Virus record (IMG/VR): IMGVR_UViG_3300023178_000017
Coordinates: 41,280 to 105,279 of that record
Source: a virus
Direction: 5' to 3' (one strand)
Length of the DNA stretch: 64,000 nucleotides
In this document: piece after piece, positions 59,944 through 64,000 of the stretch
Layout: the number at the start of each line of letters is the position of its first letter
Position numbering within the stretch: position 1 is the stretch's first letter
Notes under the pieces: generated by a model
Databases searched by the model: none
Told to the model about the DNA's origin: nothing
The model's input: the letters and a program-made list of their open reading frames with translations, nothing else
Program-made: the position numbers and the translations under genes

Positions 59944-60609
59944 TTATTCATCAAAGCGTTTGTCTTCTTTCATTTCCTCGACATGAAGGTCTTCTTCATC
60001 GGCAGTTAGGTCTACACGTAGATGAGATTTATCTCTAATACATTCGTAAGGAATGTAGAAGTCTTGGTCTTCAGGAATGTAGAGGTGATTGATCATTGAT
60101 CTGTTACATGTATCGATTGCATCGTACACGTTCTCAACGATTGCTTCACCACCAAGATTGAATGATGTATTGAATATAATTGGTACACCAGTTCTCTCGT
60201 AGAAACCTTTGATAAGGTTGTAGTAATTTGGATTTTGTTCTTCTGTAACAGTCTGCATTCTGCATGTGTTGTCAGCATGAACTAAAGTTGGAATATCTTC
60301 TAGTGCTTTCTCTTTACACTGAATAGCAAAGGACATCCAAGGTGACTCAGGTAGTTGTAACATTTCAAAGTAATCATTTGCATGTTCAGCCATAACTGTA
60401 CAAGCAAAAGGTCTGTAATGTTCTCTCTTCTTAATTGTGTTAACAATGTTCTTAGCATTTGGATGTCTAGGGTCAAATAGAATAGATCGGTTACCTAATG
60501 CTCGAGGTCCCCATTCTGAATGATTCTGAAAGATTGCAACGATTTGCTCGTTGTCAATGAGTTGGTCTAAAACTGGTTCGAGTGTTCTATGAATCTGAGT
60601 ATTAAGCAT
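59944..60609 (-). CDS. Carbamoyltransferase C-terminal (YrdC-like) subunit
   Basis: EWGPRALGNRSIL, KKRE.YRPFA, H.D.TCR.QTV, NTSFN..GE.IV. Confidence 0.9.
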   Translation of the reverse strand: MLNTQIHRTLEPVLDQLIDNEQIVAIFQNHSEWGPRALGNRSILFDPRHPNAKNIVNTIKKREHYRPFACTVMAEHANDYFEMLQLPESPWMSFAIQCKEKALEDIPTLVHADNTCRMQTVTEEQNPNYYNLIKGFYERTGVPIIFNTSFNLGGEAIVENVYDAIDTCNRSMINHLYIPEDQDFYIPYECIRDKSHLRVDLTADEEDLHVEEMKEDKRFDE

Positions 60610-61732
60610 TGAGTGTTCTCCATAAATCTAAGGCAACACCAACTGCTGTACCACCATCATGTGGGATTGGATCAACAAAGAATTGATGATCAGGAAATGC
60701 CTGTAGATATTTGTAGTTGTTTGTACAATTCAATGAATACCCACCAGAAAGAACAATGTTCTTTACATCTGGTTTCATATCGATTGCTCTTTGAATTACA
60801 GTCTTAGCATGTTCTAATGAATCGTGTTCGAGTCTTTGTGCTGATGTATGTTTTGTATGAACGTTAGGTAACATCTTACTGTACGATGCCATACCCATAA
60901 CTTTACCAGCTGCACGACCTAGTTTATCGCAACCTAAAGCATACGACATATTAGAGAAGTTCATACCCATAGAAGGCATGGCTGTAAAAACACAAGGGAC
61001 ACCGTCTATTTCGACTTCCTCGTCTTGTAAACATTTAAGACAGTCTTCATCCCATCCAGAAAAATAAGTGCCTTGGAGTTCATCCAACGTTCTGTGGTTA
61101 GATAAACGTTTCCATAAAGGAGTGATCTTATCGCCTTGATGATGCCAAATACATTCGATCTCTTGGTAACCTGGCCATTCTTCATTGTAGGTGTTTGCAC
61201 CACCACCGTCCCAAGTGATCACTAAACTTTCTTCGTAAGGTGATAGATGAGAACCACAAACGGCATGATAGTAATGATGTTGTGTTATATCCATGTGGAT
61301 GTTTTCTTTAGGTGTCTCTAACTGATTAGAGATAGCGTTTTTGATTTCTTCGTCATTGCCTACGTTCTCAACAATCGTAGGAAATACTTCACTGCCAAAT
61401 TCTTCTTGTATTTCATCCCACCTTTTGTTTGACATCTGTTGTGCCGTGATTTTTTGTATCACATCTTTTTGTAACAGACGATCCTCTGCAAAGAAGTCAC
61501 TGAATTGTGGATCAAAGGTACGTCTATCAAACGTAGCAAAAGCGGCATGATCACAATCATATAACCCTTTGTGTTCGATTGCCTGTAGATTTAATTCAGA
61601 TAAAGGAAGTTTTTGCGGATCCCAATACTTTGATCTGCGAACTCTATCTTCTTCGTGGACTTGTGTGACTTCGCCGTCTTCAACGACTGCGACTGACGTG
61701 TCATGGGAAATATTAATACCAAGAATTTTCAT
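60602..61732 (-). CDS. Carbamoyltransferase N-terminal (Kae1-like, NodU/CmcH family) subunit
   Basis: ILGI..SHD.S, EEDR..R.K, HH..HA, DGGG, GKVMGMASY, LSGG..LNC..N, P...DGGTA.G. Confidence 0.9.
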   Translation of the reverse strand: MKILGINISHDTSVAVVEDGEVTQVHEEDRVRRSKYWDPQKLPLSELNLQAIEHKGLYDCDHAAFATFDRRTFDPQFSDFFAEDRLLQKDVIQKITAQQMSNKRWDEIQEEFGSEVFPTIVENVGNDEEIKNAISNQLETPKENIHMDITQHHYYHAVCGSHLSPYEESLVITWDGGGANTYNEEWPGYQEIECIWHHQGDKITPLWKRLSNHRTLDELQGTYFSGWDEDCLKCLQDEEVEIDGVPCVFTAMPSMGMNFSNMSYALGCDKLGRAAGKVMGMASYSKMLPNVHTKHTSAQRLEHDSLEHAKTVIQRAIDMKPDVKNIVLSGGYSLNCTNNYKYLQAFPDHQFFVDPIPHDGGTAVGVALDLWRTLNA

Positions 61733-61747
61733 AATAAATTTTTTACC

Positions 61748-61924
61748 TTAAGGATGTATATCGTATTCTTTCTGGAGTTTATCGACTGTTAAGAGTCTAC
61801 GATCTAAAAGATCACCCACCATTTCAGAGCGTCCTTCTTTTTTGCCTTGCTCGTGTGCATACCAATATAGTCCTGCAATGAAAGCTATGTGAAAGACGAG
61901 GAGTGAAAAGGTGTTCATATCCAT
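61748..61924 (-). CDS. Small membrane protein (58 aa)
   Basis: Hand translation MDMNTFSLLVFHIAFIAGLYWYAHEQGKKEG...; GGAG RBS. Confidence 0.6.
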   Translation of the reverse strand: MDMNTFSLLVFHIAFIAGLYWYAHEQGKKEGRSEMVGDLLDRRLLTVDKLQKEYDIHP

Positions 61925-61925
61925 A

Positions 61926-62120
61926 TTATACTCCTATATAGTCATCCTCATCGTCTTTACTTTTCTTTTTGGTAAATTTATTTTTAAGTTTGCTTACATA
62001 TCCTTCTTCGTATAACCAACTGACTGAGAATCCAACCACACCTATGATAAGACCCCAAAAGAGTATGGCGATCATCAAATGAAAAAGAAATGTGGGAACT
62101 GTCCATAAAAATTCTAACAT
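61926..62120 (-). CDS. Small membrane protein
   Basis: Long hydrophobic N-terminus; AAGGA RBS. Confidence 0.65.
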   Translation of the reverse strand: MLEFLWTVPTFLFHLMIAILFWGLIIGVVGFSVSWLYEEGYVSKLKNKFTKKKSKDDEDDYIGV

Positions 62121-62132
62121 AATTAATTTCCT

Positions 62133-62228
62133 TTAAAAAGAAGGTGGGGTTGTGTCGCACACATCAATCGTGTAATACTTGTGGATTTTGTGATACTTGA
62201 CACTCACCCTCACCCGAGCTTTCGCCCT
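62133..62228 (-). terminator. Structured intergenic element / terminator
   Basis: GGGC-GAAA-GCTC hairpin, then a long imperfect stem GGTGAGGGTGAGTGTC...GACACAACCCCACC followed by TTCTTTTT. Confidence 0.5.
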
Positions 62229-62245
62229 ATTCTTACCAGTATAAC

Positions 62246-63646
62246 CTACTTGTTGAGATTCTTCAAGTAGGTTTCTTTATAATCTTCAAGGTTCATACTA
62301 CCCATGGCTCTGTTGTGTTCTGTTCGACACATCACAAAGTTATCGTAAGTAGTATAACCACCGTCTGAGTGTGAAACAATGTGGGCTGCTTCACAATCAT
62401 CCATTGTGACTTTGTCACCAGTGATGGCACAAATGAAGTTTTGGTCTAAGAGTTTTCTCACTTTCTCTTCGTAAGTATAAGTTCTCTTCTTATCCTTCGC
62501 AACGATGTATTGTGTCGGTGTAAACTCTAAGAGTAACCAATGCACGACTTGTTCGATCTTTCTCTTGTGATGCGGTGCACCAAGATAACCTTTAAACGAT
62601 TCTGAAATGAAACGTGGTTTCTGATCAATGTCGGTAGGATTCATCATCTTACCGTATTTGCCTGCATGGTTGGTTAATGTCGCAAAGGCCTTCTTGTAAT
62701 CGACCAAATAACTTTTAGGGTCATCAATCGAAAAAGTTCCTACTTCGTCTAGTAACCAGTAGAACAAAAAGGTCAACAATTTAAAGTCTTGTTGTGACAG
62801 TCCTTTGCCGAACTGTTGCTTGTGTATGACTGCCATGATTCTTAGGTAGTCTAACACTTTGTAGAGTTCGATCTTCAGTGACTCAATATCACCGTCAAAC
62901 TCTTCGTACATTTTTCGAACTTGGGCATCCGAAGATTCACCAAGTTTTGTTTTCTGTGTCAAACGAAACATAATTCGTGCCACTAACTCATCGGTCTTCA
63001 ATCTCAAATTGTTGAACTCTAAGAGTTTGAAGTGACCTGATGCTGTTCTTTCGAACAACTCGTGTGTGGTATTCCAAATACCATCGACAACACGAACGGC
63101 TTCACGTATGACATTAGCGACATCAATGTCACCAAATGAGTTACACATTTCTTGGTGATTGACATCGGTTGCAATGTTAAGAGTTCTGAATATGTAACCC
63201 TTAACAAAGGTGTCTAATATAGGATAGATCACCACTGTGACTTTCTTGTCAAGCATGGCGTCTTGTTCTTCCTGTGGAAGTTCTCTGAATTTCAACCCTC
63301 GCACTGTAAAGGCCTTCTGACCTCTACCTGTGATGTAGTTGATGATTGCTCTTTTTCTATGACCGCCGTCAATAGACTCGTAAGCATAACCTTCAGGATT
63401 ATCAGGCGAAGCACAAACAGTAATCTCACCGATATTAATATTATCGATGATGCTTGTGATAATGCCTTCTGATTTCTCGGTGTCTGTGGTTACTTCTAAC
63501 CTCTGACCTACTGGTTGAGTGTCAACCATACCGATAACGAATGAAGAACCATCGTCTAACGTATAACCGTCAAACAACAACTCTCGTAGTGTAAGAACAA
63601 TTTTTTCTGGTGGTAGTTCTAACTTCACCTCTTTTGGGTACAACAT
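62246..63646 (-). CDS. DUF262 (ParB-like) + HNH protein, GmrSD-like nuclease
   Basis: N-terminal QR, IDGGHR..AI and F..LN motifs; C-terminal CAITG..EAAHI.SHS.GG.T..DN...C..HN. Confidence 0.75.
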   Translation of the reverse strand: MLYPKEVKLELPPEKIVLTLRELLFDGYTLDDGSSFVIGMVDTQPVGQRLEVTTDTEKSEGIITSIIDNINIGEITVCASPDNPEGYAYESIDGGHRKRAIINYITGRGQKAFTVRGLKFRELPQEEQDAMLDKKVTVVIYPILDTFVKGYIFRTLNIATDVNHQEMCNSFGDIDVANVIREAVRVVDGIWNTTHELFERTASGHFKLLEFNNLRLKTDELVARIMFRLTQKTKLGESSDAQVRKMYEEFDGDIESLKIELYKVLDYLRIMAVIHKQQFGKGLSQQDFKLLTFLFYWLLDEVGTFSIDDPKSYLVDYKKAFATLTNHAGKYGKMMNPTDIDQKPRFISESFKGYLGAPHHKRKIEQVVHWLLLEFTPTQYIVAKDKKRTYTYEEKVRKLLDQNFICAITGDKVTMDDCEAAHIVSHSDGGYTTYDNFVMCRTEHNRAMGSMNLEDYKETYLKNLNK

Positions 63647-63711
63647 AATTTTTCTCCTTAATTGACGTATATTGTCATGATGTTGTGTATTGGCGTAATT
63701 GCCATGATTCC

Positions 63712-63740
63712 ATTATACTCAGTTTTACTCCGAGTGCAAG
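63712..63740 (-). promoter_or_regulatory. Sigma70-like early promoter
   Basis: (C)TTGCAC and TATAAT upstream of the DUF262-HNH gene. Confidence 0.55.
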
Positions 63741-64000
63741 GGGGTTTTTGCTCGTATTTCTAAATTTAATGATAATCTTTTTTGATGGGATGAAGGATGA
63801 GCCTTGTGTTGCACGTGAGACTCAAAGATATACATATCGCCTACCTTCGGTTCGTAATAAATCTCATCGTGTCCAAACACAAACGAGATTCCGCATCCCT
63901 GTACCGTAGAAACATAGAGAGCCGCATTATACGTTGCTGTCGAGACATGATCGTGGTAGTGACCACCTCCATGAAACTTGTTATCTGTTAAAAAGGCATG
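63725..64000 (-). CDS. 2OG-Fe(II) oxygenase (5' end outside the window)
   Basis: Hand translation ...HYHDH..YNAALYV...PKVGDMYIFESHVQH...RLSLN; not in the ORF track. Confidence 0.75.
   Translation of the reverse strand, partial: HAFLTDNKFHGGGHYHDHVSTATYNAALYVSTVQGCGISFVFGHDEIYYEPKVGDMYIFESHVQHKAHPSSHQKRLSLNLEIRAKTPLHSE

Noticed and set aside
59944-61732. Carbamoyltransferase pseudogene
   Set aside because: The break falls at the domain boundary, both halves keep their motifs, and they overlap like coupled genes.

Overview
This is a 64 kb segment of a large AT-rich T4-like (marine-type) myovirus genome. Positions 1-14 kb hold a cluster of fibre and virion-decoration genes. Positions 14-36 kb hold baseplate genes (VrlC-like, gp8, gp7, gp6, gp25, gp5, gp27-like, gp53, gp48). 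A + strand block at 36-44 kb runs gp4, an inserted HAD/KdsB/2x ParB-like cassette, gp2, gp54-like, gp26-gp51 with a probable -1 frameshift, and a tape-measure-like gene. The - strand block at 44-64 kb carries replication and auxiliary genes (GAPDH, bS21, gp32, GT42/Maf-like, gp59, gp33, 2OG-Fe(II) oxygenases, SleB, APS-kinase module, RNase H, IscA, split carbamoyltransferase, DUF262-HNH). The main new observation is two pairs of adjacent Pro-punctuated repeat proteins (774-2549 with 1-762, and 10591-12255 with 9660-10589). In each pair, the module order of one protein is the reverse of the other's, with a consistent module-to-module pairing code: 33/33 modules match in pair 1. This suggests protein-level 'reverse complementarity' forming an antiparallel heterodimeric beta-zipper fibre. 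One pair carries a self-cleaving Hint domain at the predicted tip. All family assignments come from motif recognition by eye; no database searches were run.
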